From Gammaproteobacteria bacterium (GTDB lineage Bacteria > Pseudomonadota > Gammaproteobacteria > Ga0077536): a stretch of 64,000 nt of DNA. The first letter of the stretch is position 1. Each line of letters starts with the position of its first letter. The DNA lies in contig JAIEQK010000198.1 of NCBI GenBank assembly GCA_019747795.1, positions 4,647 to 68,646 of the forward strand. The letters run 5' to 3'. The translations under genes were made by a program, and so were the position numbers. The notes beneath the pieces are model-generated. The model was not told the origin of the DNA, did not search any database, and saw only the letters and a list, made by a program, of their open reading frames with translations. Of this stretch, positions 48,743 through 57,988 are shown in pieces.

Positions 48743-49162
48743 TCAACGTTGCGGCTTGTAGGCCACGGCCTTGATTTCGATCAGCAGGTGCGGATGGGGC
48801 AATTGATGCACGGCGACGGTGGTGCGCGCAGGTCCGTCGTAGTCGAAGAACTCGCCGTAGACCTCGTTGTAGCCGGCGAAGTCGTTCATGTTCACCAGGA
48901 AGCTTGAGACTTCCACCAGGTCGGCGAGCGTTGCATCGAAGCCAGCGAGGATGGCGGCGATGTTCTCGATGACCGCGCGGGTCTGCACGCGGATGTCGAG
49001 CCTGGTGGTGCCGAACTCGTCGGCCTCGGCACCGGCGAAGCTGTTGTCCGGGCGGCGCGAACTCGTGCCGGAGACGAAGATGAAGTCGCCGGCGCGGCGC
49101 GCATGGGGAAACTTGCCTCGCGGGCGGGCGCCACCGGCGAGGACCAGGCTGTCGCTGCTCAT
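48743..49162 (-). CDS. RidA/YjgF/L-PSP family protein (possible 2-aminomuconate-type deaminase)
   Basis: 139 aa containing GDFIFVSG...[13 protein letters not shown]...ARTTVAV..LP....IEIKAVA, the typical RidA fold pattern. The gene is 12 nt upstream of the AmnB-like gene. Confidence 0.8.
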   Translation of the reverse strand: MSSDSLVLAGGARPRGKFPHARRAGDFIFVSGTSSRRPDNSFAGAEADEFGTTRLDIRVQTRAVIENIAAILAGFDATLADLVEVSSFLVNMNDFAGYNEVYGEFFDYDGPARTTVAVHQLPHPHLLIEIKAVAYKPQR

Positions 49163-49190
49163 GGGCCTAAGATAGCACCCGCCCCGGCGA

Positions 49191-50450
49191 TCAGGCGCTG
49201 CCGACGCGCTGGCGATCGAACTGCGCGGTCTGCTTGTAGCTGGCGAGCCGCGTCTCGATCTCGGCCGCGCTGATCACGGCCCGCGCGTCGCTGAAGCCCT
49301 GCGGGGCACGGCGCTCGACCAGGTCGAGGATCTCGTCGTGGGCGCGCGAGCGGTTGGCGGTGACCACCGCGGCGGTGGCCGGCAGGCGCGTCGCCTCGTA
49401 GGCGGTGAGGGCGTCCTGCACATCGTCGTGCGCGACGAGCGCATCGGCCAGCGCGCGGCAGTCGAGCACCGCCTGCGAGGCGCCGTTCGAGCCTATCGGC
49501 CACATCGGGTGGGCGGCGTCGCCGAGCAGGGTCACGCGGCCGTGGGTCCAGCGCGGCAGCGGGTCGCGATCGACCATCGGGAAAGCAAAGGCCTGGCCGC
49601 TGGCGCGGGCCAGCGCCGGCACGTCCAGCCAGTCGAAGCGGAAGTCCTCGAAGTAGTGCGCGAACTCCTCGATGCCGGCGGCGCGGTTCCAGTTCTCGCG
49701 CTCCGGCGGTGGAGCGCCGTCAGCGCCGGTCCGTACCTCGGCTATCCAGTTGAAAAGCGACCGCCCCTGGCGCCGCGCCGCGGCCGAGATCTCGTAGCCG
49801 ACCACCTTCAGTTCGCCGGTGCCCGCCGAGAACATGGTCGCGCCGCCGAGCACCGGTCCCGGCAGTTCCACGCACATGCGCCACATCATGTTGCCCGCCC
49901 AGCGCGGCGCGCCCTCGTCGGGATAGAAGCAGCGGCGCAGGGCCGAGTGGATGCCGTCGGCGCCGATCAGCACCTCGCCGCGCACGCTGTCCCGCCGCGC
50001 GCCGCTCGCGCGGCTCGCGAAGTGCGCGGTGACGCTCGTGGCGTCCTGGGTGAAGCCGGTCAGCTGGTGATCGAGCAGCAGCGCGGCGTCGCCGAGCCGC
50101 GTGCGGACGGCCTCTGCCAGCACGCGATGCAGGGCGCCGCGGTGGATGGAGACCTGCGGCCAGGCATAGCCCGCGCCGCGTCCGCGCGGCTCCTGCCAGA
50201 TCTCCTGGCCATGGCGGTTGAACCACATGTAGCGCTCGAGTTCCACGCCTTCGGCGACCAGCGCGTCCAGCACGCCGAGCCGTGCGAATTCCTTGGCGGC
50301 GTGGGGCAGCACGTTGATGCCGACGCCGAGTTCCGCCAGTTGGCCGGCCGCCTCGTACACGCGCGGCGCGTAGCCGGCCTCGTGCAGGGCGAGCGCGAGC
50401 GTGAGGCCGGCGATGCCGCCGCCGGCGATGATGACCCCTGGTCGCTGCAT
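49191..50450 (-). CDS. Class A FAD-dependent aromatic monooxygenase (PhzS / salicylate-hydroxylase-like)
   Basis: 419 aa with the FAD fold [21 protein letters not shown], and [39 protein letters not shown]. Confidence 0.85.
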   Translation of the reverse strand: MQRPGVIIAGGGIAGLTLALALHEAGYAPRVYEAAGQLAELGVGINVLPHAAKEFARLGVLDALVAEGVELERYMWFNRHGQEIWQEPRGRGAGYAWPQVSIHRGALHRVLAEAVRTRLGDAALLLDHQLTGFTQDATSVTAHFASRASGARRDSVRGEVLIGADGIHSALRRCFYPDEGAPRWAGNMMWRMCVELPGPVLGGATMFSAGTGELKVVGYEISAAARRQGRSLFNWIAEVRTGADGAPPPERENWNRAAGIEEFAHYFEDFRFDWLDVPALARASGQAFAFPMVDRDPLPRWTHGRVTLLGDAAHPMWPIGSNGASQAVLDCRALADALVAHDDVQDALTAYEATRLPATAAVVTANRSRAHDEILDLVERRAPQGFSDARAVISAAEIETRLASYKQTAQFDRQRVGSA

Positions 50451-50463
50451 GTCTCCGTGACCT

Positions 50464-51879
50464 TCAAGAACCTTGCGCGGGCATTGTAGCGAGGCGCCGC
50501 GATTCGCGGACGCGCAGCGCCGCGCGGATCTCGGCCAGCCGCGCGCTGTCCAACGGGTAGCGCCAGATGCATGCGACCGACAGCAGGAAGAACAGGTTCG
50601 GCACCGCGCAGAAGGAGATCTTGAGCGCCAGCAGCGAGGCCGGATCCTCGCGCGCCGGATCGAAGCCCATGGCCTCGGCGGCGCCCAGCGCCAGCACCGC
50701 GGCGAGCGCGACGGCGAGCTTCTCGGTCATGGCCCACAGCGCCATGAAGAGCGCGCCGCGCTGTACGCCGCTCGCGAGGTGATCTTCGTCTATCACGTCC
50801 GCCGCCATGGAGGGGCCGAGGATGTTGATGCTCGGCGCGAGCAGGCCGTTGACCAGGTTGAGCGCCGCGTACCACAGGTAGTCACCGCGCTCGAGCAGCA
50901 GCACGCCACTGAACAGCGCGATCGACACCAGGGAACACACCGCCAGCATGCGGTGCTTGCTGAAGCGCGGCGCGAGGCGAACGATGAGCGGCGTGCCGAG
51001 AAGCTGTCCGACGAAGTAGGCCAGCACCACCAGCGGCCATTGCTGTTCATTGGCGCCGAGACAGCGCGTGACGAAGAACATGAACAGCACGTTCACCGAG
51101 TTCCAGCCGATGGCGGCCGCGATGTTCGCGAGCAGCAGGCGGCGGAACGCGCGGTTGGCGAAGATGAGTCCGAGTCCCGGTAGCAGCGCCGGCGCCGCGC
51201 CGTCGGCGAAGGCCGGCTGAGGCACGGCGCGCAGCAGCCAGGGCACGCTCACCAGCAGCAGCGCCACGGTCAGCCAGGCCAGCACCGTCAGCATGGGCTG
51301 CAGGCTGCCCGGCGCGGTGGGCGCGGCGGCCGCGACGCCGGCCGCGGCCAGGGTCGCGAGCACCAGCGGGGCGAGGATCGCGAGTAGCGCGCCTACCACG
51401 CTGCCCCAGGCGCGCGCGCCCGCCAGCCGCGAACGTTCGTGGTAGTCGCCGGACAGCTCCGCCACCCAGGCATTGAGCGGAATGGTGATGAGGCTCCAGC
51501 CGAGATAGAGCGCCCCGGTCGCCCAGAACAGCCACGCCGGGCCAGGCGCGGCCGAGGGTGGCGCGAACGTGGCGAGCGTCGCACCGGCCATCACCGGTAC
51601 GCCGGCCGCTATCCACAGCCCGCGCCGGCCGTATCGCGCCGGCGTGCGATCCGAGAGCGCGCCGACCAGAGGATCGACCAGCACGTCCGCGAGCCGCGTC
51701 GCCGCGAGGATCGCGCCGATCAGCGCCAGGCTCATGTTCGAGGCCGCGGCGTAGTAGGGCGTGAGGTACAGCACCAGCGGCAGGCCGCCGGTCGCGAGCG
51801 GCACGCTGACGAAGCCGAAGGCGAACAGCAGCCGGCGTGGCAGCGGGGCGTGCGAGCCGGACGGCGCCGACGACGTCAT
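50464..51879 (-). CDS. MFS transporter, glycoside-pentoside-hexuronide (GPH) symporter-like
   Basis: 471 aa with about 12 hydrophobic segments. The GPH-type motif ATRLADVLVDPLVGALSDRTPARYGRRG is present. The ATG overlaps the stop of the upstream hydrolase gene (ATGA). Confidence 0.8.
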   Translation of the reverse strand: MTSSAPSGSHAPLPRRLLFAFGFVSVPLATGGLPLVLYLTPYYAAASNMSLALIGAILAATRLADVLVDPLVGALSDRTPARYGRRGLWIAAGVPVMAGATLATFAPPSAAPGPAWLFWATGALYLGWSLITIPLNAWVAELSGDYHERSRLAGARAWGSVVGALLAILAPLVLATLAAAGVAAAAPTAPGSLQPMLTVLAWLTVALLLVSVPWLLRAVPQPAFADGAAPALLPGLGLIFANRAFRRLLLANIAAAIGWNSVNVLFMFFVTRCLGANEQQWPLVVLAYFVGQLLGTPLIVRLAPRFSKHRMLAVCSLVSIALFSGVLLLERGDYLWYAALNLVNGLLAPSINILGPSMAADVIDEDHLASGVQRGALFMALWAMTEKLAVALAAVLALGAAEAMGFDPAREDPASLLALKISFCAVPNLFFLLSVACIWRYPLDSARLAEIRAALRVRESRRLATMPAQGS

Positions 51880-53015
51880 GGCGCGCCGGCGACCGGCGGA
51901 AAGAGATGGGGCAGGGCCTCGTCGGAAGTGAACATGCAGCGCGCATTGTGCCCGCAGTTCTGCACGATGTGGACGTCGAGCCGCGCGCGCCAGTGTTGGC
52001 GCAGGTAGGCGACAAAGGCCTCGCCCCGCGCGCGGCGCGTCGGGCCCTGCAGCATCGCCGCGCAGGACTGGTCGAGTCCGGCCACCGGCAGCGTGTCGCT
52101 CTCGCCGAGCAGGTAGACCGTGTGGCGCGAGGCCAGCTGGCGGGCCAGCGCGTCGCGCGCGGCGTGCGCCGCGTAGCCGCGGCGCCCGTCCAGGCCGAAG
52201 GGCCAGCGGTCGTAGTGGGGGCAGTCCTCGGCCGTCACGGTACCGAAGGCGAAGTTCGCATGGGGCTCGTCGTCGTCGTAGGCCTCGCGCGCCGTCAGCG
52301 GGCGGGCGTCGCCGGTCGGCAAGGGACGCAGGGCGTCGGGCCAGGCATAACTCGAGGGATTCGCGACCACGTAGTCCATGCTCACGCCGAGTTCGTCGTG
52401 CAGCCGGTTGGCGAGCGCATAGCGCTGGGTGAACTGGCCGCCCGCCGAATGGCCCGCCACCACCACGCGGCGCAGGTTGGGAAAGACCTCCGGACGCGCC
52501 GCCTGGCGCACGATGGCGTCGACGAAGTCGAACGAGGTGATGGCGGGGTGGCTCAGCGCCGGGGCGCCCGAGCGCCAGTTGTCGCCGGTGCAGGCGAAGT
52601 CGACCTGGTAGGGCGCGAGGCTGTCGCCGCAGTCCGGGTCGGCGGAGGCCATCCGCGGCGCGACGATGGCGGTGTCGTTCAGCGCGTGGGCAAGGAAGGC
52701 GGCGGCCCGGCCCGTGTCGAAATAGCCCGCGGCGTCGCGGCGTTTGCCGTGCACGATCACCAGCAGCCGAGTGATGGCGGGGTCACGCGCGGTCAGCGAG
52801 TGGCTGCGATAGATGCGCCCGCGCGCGCCGTCGGTGAGCGTCAGCCAGTCGGCGCAGGTCTCGGCGCCGCCGGCGCAGGGGCCGGCGGCCTGGTCGGCCC
52901 CTGCGCTGCCGAGGAGCATCATCAACAGCAGCAGCCACAGCGCGCGCAGCGGCACGTGCGTCACCCAGGGACGGCAGGCGGGCGAGGCATGACGGCGCGC
53001 GGTCGACATGGACAT
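51876..53015 (-). CDS. Secreted alpha/beta-hydrolase-fold protein (function unknown)
   Basis: 379 aa with a signal-peptide-like N-terminus (LRALWLLLLMMLLGSAGA), the nucleophile elbow VVAGHSAGGQ (GxSxG) and a C-terminal CGHN. Confidence 0.6.
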   Translation of the reverse strand: MSMSTARRHASPACRPWVTHVPLRALWLLLLMMLLGSAGADQAAGPCAGGAETCADWLTLTDGARGRIYRSHSLTARDPAITRLLVIVHGKRRDAAGYFDTGRAAAFLAHALNDTAIVAPRMASADPDCGDSLAPYQVDFACTGDNWRSGAPALSHPAITSFDFVDAIVRQAARPEVFPNLRRVVVAGHSAGGQFTQRYALANRLHDELGVSMDYVVANPSSYAWPDALRPLPTGDARPLTAREAYDDDEPHANFAFGTVTAEDCPHYDRWPFGLDGRRGYAAHAARDALARQLASRHTVYLLGESDTLPVAGLDQSCAAMLQGPTRRARGEAFVAYLRQHWRARLDVHIVQNCGHNARCMFTSDEALPHLFPPVAGAP

Positions 53016-53135
53016 TCATTGTAATCATCCACGCGCAGGAACCTTCGCTTGAGTTCGCGGGACCAAGCTTCTATAACGGACCGTCGCCTTTCCGGCGGTC
53101 AGCCACCCACGCGGGAGACTCGCAGAGTAAGCACC

Positions 53136-54098
53136 ATGACCAAAGCCGTTCACCTGTGTCTGTCCGTGATGTTCGGACTGCTCCTCAACCTGGGCGCCAT
53201 CGAGGACGCCGAAGCGAAGCGCATGGGCGGCGGCTCGTCTTTCGGCAGCCGGCCGAGCTATTCCGCACCCTACAAGCGCCAGGCCACCCCGGCCCAGGTC
53301 TCGCCGGCGCGCCAGCAGGCCATGGCGCAGAACCAGGTGGCGCGTGACGGTCTGCGCAACCGCGGCGGCCTGATGGGCATGCTCGGCGGATTGGCCATCG
53401 GCGGCCTGCTGGGCTCGCTCCTGTTCGGCGGCGCCTTCGAGAATCTGAACATGATGGATTTCCTGGTGTTCGGCGCCATCGCCTTCATGCTGTACAAGCT
53501 GCTGGCGGCGCGACGGGGTACGCCGCAGCCCGCCTACCAGCGGGCGTCCTCCGCGCCGCCCGCGCGTCCGGCGCCGAGCGACTACACGCCGCCGCCGGTC
53601 GCCCCGCGCGCCGCGCCGGGCGAGTCGCTCGACACCGGTGACTGGTTCCGTCGCGGCGGGTCGGCCTCGGCCTCCGTCACGCCGGCCGGTACGGAGGATG
53701 TCGACTTCAACCAGGCGCTGGTGCCCGCGGACTTCGACCAGGCGGGGTTCCTGGCCGGTGCGCGCATCGCCTACCGCGACCTGCAGCGCGCCTGGGATAC
53801 GCGCGATCTCGCCACCCTGCGACGCCTCGCCACCGACGGCATGTACGTCGAACTCGAGCAGCGCCTGGCCGAACTGCCGGCCGACAACCAGACCGCGGTG
53901 CTGAAGCTCGAGGCCGAACTGCTCGAAGCCCGCGAAGCGGGTGAGCAGTGGGAGGCGGTGGTGCTGTTCGATGCGATTCTCCGCGAGGAGGCCGACGACC
54001 AGGCGCGCCAGGTGCGCGAGGTGTGGCACTTCACGCGCCCGCGTCGCGCCAGCCAGCCGACCTGGTTCCTGGACGGCATCCAGCAGCTCGACGACTGA
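53136..54098 (+). CDS. Tim44-like domain-containing membrane protein
   Basis: Start at ATG 53136 (MTKAVHLCLSVMFGLLL, signal or anchor). Next come a Gly-rich TM region (GGLMGMLGGLAIGGLLGSLLFGG), a Pro-rich linker and a C-terminal Tim44-like region (FLAGARIAYRDLQRAWDTRDL...WFLDGIQQ). Confidence 0.7.
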   Translation: MTKAVHLCLSVMFGLLLNLGAIEDAEAKRMGGGSSFGSRPSYSAPYKRQATPAQVSPARQQAMAQNQVARDGLRNRGGLMGMLGGLAIGGLLGSLLFGGAFENLNMMDFLVFGAIAFMLYKLLAARRGTPQPAYQRASSAPPARPAPSDYTPPPVAPRAAPGESLDTGDWFRRGGSASASVTPAGTEDVDFNQALVPADFDQAGFLAGARIAYRDLQRAWDTRDLATLRRLATDGMYVELEQRLAELPADNQTAVLKLEAELLEAREAGEQWEAVVLFDAILREEADDQARQVREVWHFTRPRRASQPTWFLDGIQQLDD

Positions 54099-54116
54099 GC
54101 GCGCATCCATAGCCGC

Positions 54117-54144
54117 GGGGCGCGGCCGTTCGGTGCCGCGCCCC
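54117..54144 (+). terminator. G+C-rich hairpin after the Tim44-like gene (no U tract)
   Basis: GGGGCGCGGC-CGTTCGGT-GCCGCGCCCC, a 10-bp perfect stem starting 19 nt after the stop codon. Confidence 0.4.
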
Positions 54145-54200
54145 AAACCGCACCGACCCTGCCATAATTCCCCTGCCTCGAAAGCCAGGGGTCGCCCCGC

Positions 54201-54872
54201 ATGATCGACAAGCGCGTCGGCAGTCTCGCCGACATCGTCGCCGACTGCCCGGATCTGCGGGACGGCGCGACCATGCTCATCGGCGGCTTCGGTGACGCGG
54301 GCGTTCCAGAGAAGCTGATCGACACCGTTCGCGACCTCGGCCTGCGCGACCTCACCGTGGTCAGCAACAACGCGGGGTCCGGCGACTACGGCATCGCCGC
54401 GCTGCTGAAGGCCGGCTGCGTGTCGCGCATGGTGTGCTCCTTCCCGCGCTCGGCGGGCTCGGTGGTGTTCGAGGCGCTGTACGCGGCGGGCAAGATCGAG
54501 CTCGAAATCGTGCCCCAGGGCACGCTCGCGGAACGCATCCGCGCCGGCGGCGCGGGCATCCCCGCCTTCTATACCGCGACGGGCTACGGCACGCCGCTCG
54601 CCGCGGGCAAGGAGACCCGCGAGTTCGAGGGCCGGCACTACGTGATGGAGCGCGCGATCCGCGCCGACGTCGCGCTCATCCACGCCCGCACCGCCGATCG
54701 CTGGGGAAACTTGACCTATCCCAAGACGGCGCGCAATTTCAACCCGATCATGGCCATGGCGGCGGCGACCACGCTGGCCGAGGTGCGGCGCTTCGTCGAC
54801 ACCGTCCCGCCCGAGGAAGTCGTCACGCCAGGGATCTTCGTGACGCGCATGGTGGAGGTAGGAGAACGATGA
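54201..54872 (+). CDS. pcaI: 3-oxoadipate (3-oxoacid) CoA-transferase subunit A
   Basis: 223 aa: MLIGGFGDAGVPEKLI...VSNNAG...PQGTLAERIRAGGAGIPAF. It lies directly upstream of subunit B and pcaHG. Confidence 0.88.
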   Translation: MIDKRVGSLADIVADCPDLRDGATMLIGGFGDAGVPEKLIDTVRDLGLRDLTVVSNNAGSGDYGIAALLKAGCVSRMVCSFPRSAGSVVFEALYAAGKIELEIVPQGTLAERIRAGGAGIPAFYTATGYGTPLAAGKETREFEGRHYVMERAIRADVALIHARTADRWGNLTYPKTARNFNPIMAMAAATTLAEVRRFVDTVPPEEVVTPGIFVTRMVEVGER

Positions 54873-55549
54873 ATTACCAGCCGCTGTCCGCCGAGGACAT
54901 CGCCCGCCGCGTGGCGCGCGACATTCCCAACGGCGCCTACGTGAATCTCGGCATCGGCATGCCCATGCTGGTGGCCGATCATCCCGTGCCGGGCCGCGAA
55001 TTCGTGCTGCATTCCGAGAACGGCCTGCTCGGCATGGGACCCGCGCCCGCCGCCGGCGAAGAAGACCAGGACCTGGTCAATGCCGGCAAGCAGCCGGTCA
55101 CCATCCTGCCCGGCGGCTCTTATTTCCATCACGCCGATTCCTTCGCGATGATTCGCGGTGGCCACATCGACGTCTCCATCCTCGGCGCCTACCAGGTGGC
55201 GGCCAACGGCGATCTCGCCAACTGGGCGCTGCCGGGGCCGAAGCCACCGGCGGTAGGCGGCGCGATGGACCTCGTCGCCGGCGCGCGCCAGGTGTGGGTG
55301 ATGCTCTCGACCCACGTCGCGAAGGACGGCGCGCACAAGCTCGTCGCCCGCTGTGACCTGCCGCTGACCGGGCTCGCCTGCGTCGACCGTGTGTATTCCG
55401 ATCTCGCGGTCATCGACATCACGCCCCACGGCTTCGTGGTCACCGACATGGTCGCGGGTCTCTCGCTCGAGGAACTGCAGGCCAAGACCGGCGCGCCCAT
55501 CCAACTCGCCGACGGCTGCCGCCCGCTGCGCGCGAACCGCGCCGCCTGA
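54869..55549 (+). CDS. pcaJ: 3-oxoadipate (3-oxoacid) CoA-transferase subunit B
   Basis: MNYQPLSAEDIARRVARDIPNGAYVNLGIGMP...SENGLLGMGP contains the catalytic Glu region. The ATG overlaps the pcaI stop (ATGA). Confidence 0.88.
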   Translation: MNYQPLSAEDIARRVARDIPNGAYVNLGIGMPMLVADHPVPGREFVLHSENGLLGMGPAPAAGEEDQDLVNAGKQPVTILPGGSYFHHADSFAMIRGGHIDVSILGAYQVAANGDLANWALPGPKPPAVGGAMDLVAGARQVWVMLSTHVAKDGAHKLVARCDLPLTGLACVDRVYSDLAVIDITPHGFVVTDMVAGLSLEELQAKTGAPIQLADGCRPLRANRAA

Positions 55550-55554
55550 CGGCC

Positions 55555-56265
55555 GTGCAGCGCGTCTTCGCGCCGCTGCCGGACGGCGTCTATCCGGCTA
55601 ACGACACGCCTGCCTATCGTTCGAGCGCGCGCCGCGCGCCGCGCGAGCCGGCGGTGCTCGCGCCGCACACGGCCAGCGAGACCCTGGGGCCGCGGCCTGG
55701 CGCCGAACGCCTGGTCGCGGGGCTCGGCGATCTGACGCGTCCCGCCGGGGCGCGTGGCGAGGCGCTCGGTCAGCGCCTCCTGGTGCACGGCCGCGTGACC
55801 GACGAACGCGGACGGCCCGAGCGGCGCGCGCTGGTCGAAGTGTGGCAGGCCAACGCGGCGGGTCGTTACCTGCATGACGGTGATCGCCACGATGCGCCAC
55901 TCGATCCGAACTTCACCGGCCGCGGCGCGGTGTTGACCGACGACGACGGTCGCTACGAGTTCCTCACCATCGAGCCTGGGGTCTATCCCTGGGGCAATCA
56001 TCACAACGCCTGGCGTCCGCGGCACATCCACTTCTCGCTCTTCGGCGCGGCCTGGGCGACGCGGCTCGTGACGCAGATGTATTTCCCGGGGGATCCGACC
56101 CTGCCGTTCGATCCGATCTTCATGGGCATCGCCGACGTCGCCGCCCGTGAGCGGCTGGTCTCGCACTTCGATCTCGAGCGCACGCAGCCCGACTACGCGC
56201 TCGCGTTCCGCTTCGACATCGTGCTGCGCGGCGCGCTCGACACGCCATGGGAGGCCCCCGCATGA
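55555..56265 (+). CDS. pcaH: Protocatechuate 3,4-dioxygenase beta subunit
   Basis: 236 aa with a GTG start. Contains VEVWQANAAGRYLHDGDRHDAPLDPNFTGRG...WRPRHIHFSLFG...AFRFDIVLRG. Confidence 0.93.
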   Translation: MQRVFAPLPDGVYPANDTPAYRSSARRAPREPAVLAPHTASETLGPRPGAERLVAGLGDLTRPAGARGEALGQRLLVHGRVTDERGRPERRALVEVWQANAAGRYLHDGDRHDAPLDPNFTGRGAVLTDDDGRYEFLTIEPGVYPWGNHHNAWRPRHIHFSLFGAAWATRLVTQMYFPGDPTLPFDPIFMGIADVAARERLVSHFDLERTQPDYALAFRFDIVLRGALDTPWEAPA

Positions 56266-56801
56266 GCGGGCTCACACCTTCCCAGACGGTCGGCCCGTAT
56301 TTCCGCCTCGGCCTCGACTGGCCGGACGCCTGGCGACTCGCCACGGCCACGACGCCGGGCGTGCCGCTGACACTGGTCGGCCGCGTGCTCGATGGCGACG
56401 GTCTGCCGGTCAGCGATGCGCTGCTCGAACTCTGGCAGGCCGATGCCGCCGGCCATTACCCGTCGCCCGGCGCGCAGGGTTTCAGCGGCCTCGGTCGCTG
56501 CGGCGTGGACGCGACCGGCGCGTTTCGCTTCCTGACCGTGAAGCCCGGCGCCGTGGCGACGCCGGACGGTGGGCTGCAGGCGCCGCATCTCAACCTCGTG
56601 GTGATGGCGCGCGGCCTGCTCACCCATCTCTACACGCGCGTCTATTTCCCCGGCGACGAGGCCGCGCAGGACGCGGACCCGGTGCTGGCCTGCGTGCCGC
56701 CCGCGCGCCGCGCCACGCTGCTCGCGCGGCCTGACGGCGACGTGCATCGCTTCGACATTCACCTGCAGGGCGAACACGAGACCGTGTTCTTCGCGCTGTG
56801 A
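56262..56801 (+). CDS. pcaG: Protocatechuate 3,4-dioxygenase alpha subunit
   Basis: MSGLTPSQTVGPYF...LELWQADAAGHY...APHLNLVVMARGLL. The ATG overlaps the pcaH stop (ATGA). Confidence 0.92.
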   Translation: MSGLTPSQTVGPYFRLGLDWPDAWRLATATTPGVPLTLVGRVLDGDGLPVSDALLELWQADAAGHYPSPGAQGFSGLGRCGVDATGAFRFLTVKPGAVATPDGGLQAPHLNLVVMARGLLTHLYTRVYFPGDEAAQDADPVLACVPPARRATLLARPDGDVHRFDIHLQGEHETVFFAL

Positions 56802-57985
56802 GCGCGCCCGGCGCGACGCGGGTCGCGGTCGGCATCATCGGCGCCGGGCCAGCCGGGCTCATGCTCGGCTGGCTGCTGGCGCGTGCCGGGATCGAGTGCG
56901 TGATCGTGGAGCGCCAGCAGCGCGCCCACGTCGAAGCGCGCATCCGCGCCGGCGTGCTGGAACCCGGCGTGGTCGACCTGCTGCGCACCCACGAACTCGG
57001 TGCGCGCCTCGACCGCGAAGGCCTCGCACACGAGGGCGTCGAGCTTGCCTGCGGCGCGCGCCAGCTGCGCATCGACTTCCAGGCGCTCACCGGCAAGGTG
57101 GTGACGGTCTACGGCCAGACGGAGATCACGCGTGACCTGGGCCAGGCCCACGACGCGCTCGGCACGCGCATCCTGTACGGCGCGGAAGACGTGCGGATCT
57201 CGCCCGGCGACGCGGGCGAAGACGCCATGATTCAGTGCGTTCTGGACGGTGAGCAGCTCGCGTTCCGCTGCGACTTCGTCGCGGGCTGCGACGGCTTCCA
57301 CGGACCTTCGCGCCAGGCGGTGCCGGGGCGGCGCGAGTTCGAGCGGGTCTATCCGCGAGGTTGGCTCGGACTCCTGTGCGACGCGCCGCCGGTCGCCCCG
57401 GAACTCATCTACGCCAGCCACGAGCGCGGTTTCGCACTCGCCAGCATGCGCTCCCCGACGCGCAGCCGTTACTACGTCGAGGTGGGCGCGGACGAGGATC
57501 TCGCCGCCTGGCCCGACGCGCGCTTCTGGGAAGAACTCGCGCGTCGCCTGCCCGCAGAAGTCGCGGCGCGACTGGTGACGGCGCCGGCGCTCGAGAAGAG
57601 CATCGCGCCGCTGCGCAGCTTCGTGGTCGAGCCGATGCAGCACGCGCGGCTGTTCCTCGCCGGCGACGCCGCGCACATCGTGCCGCCGACCGGCGCAAAG
57701 GGCCTCAATCTCGCATTGCGCGACGTGGAGACGCTGGCGCGGGCGTTCATCGCGCGTTTCGCGCGGGACGACGAGCAGCCGCTGCGCGAGTACTCGTCCG
57801 CCTGCCTCACCAGGGTGTGGCGCGCCGAACGCTTCTCCTGGTGGTTCACCTCCGTCACCCACCGCCTGCAGGACGATGCCTTCGGTCGGCGCTTGCAGGA
57901 AGCGGAGTTCGCGCATCTTGCGCAATCGCGCGCTGCGCAGACCGTGCTGGCGGAGAACTATGTCGGCGTGAGCGGCGAGTCCTGA
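56798..57985 (+). CDS. pobA: 4-hydroxybenzoate 3-monooxygenase
   Basis: 395 aa containing IIGAGPAGL...RIRAGVLE...VTVYGQTEITRDL...GCDGFHG...FLAGDAAHIVPPTGAKGLNLA...AERFSWW. This is colinear with the PobA sequence I remember. The GTG start overlaps the pcaG stop (GTGA). Confidence 0.93.
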   Translation: MSAPGATRVAVGIIGAGPAGLMLGWLLARAGIECVIVERQQRAHVEARIRAGVLEPGVVDLLRTHELGARLDREGLAHEGVELACGARQLRIDFQALTGKVVTVYGQTEITRDLGQAHDALGTRILYGAEDVRISPGDAGEDAMIQCVLDGEQLAFRCDFVAGCDGFHGPSRQAVPGRREFERVYPRGWLGLLCDAPPVAPELIYASHERGFALASMRSPTRSRYYVEVGADEDLAAWPDARFWEELARRLPAEVAARLVTAPALEKSIAPLRSFVVEPMQHARLFLAGDAAHIVPPTGAKGLNLALRDVETLARAFIARFARDDEQPLREYSSACLTRVWRAERFSWWFTSVTHRLQDDAFGRRLQEAEFAHLAQSRAAQTVLAENYVGVSGES

Positions 57986-57988
57986 GCT

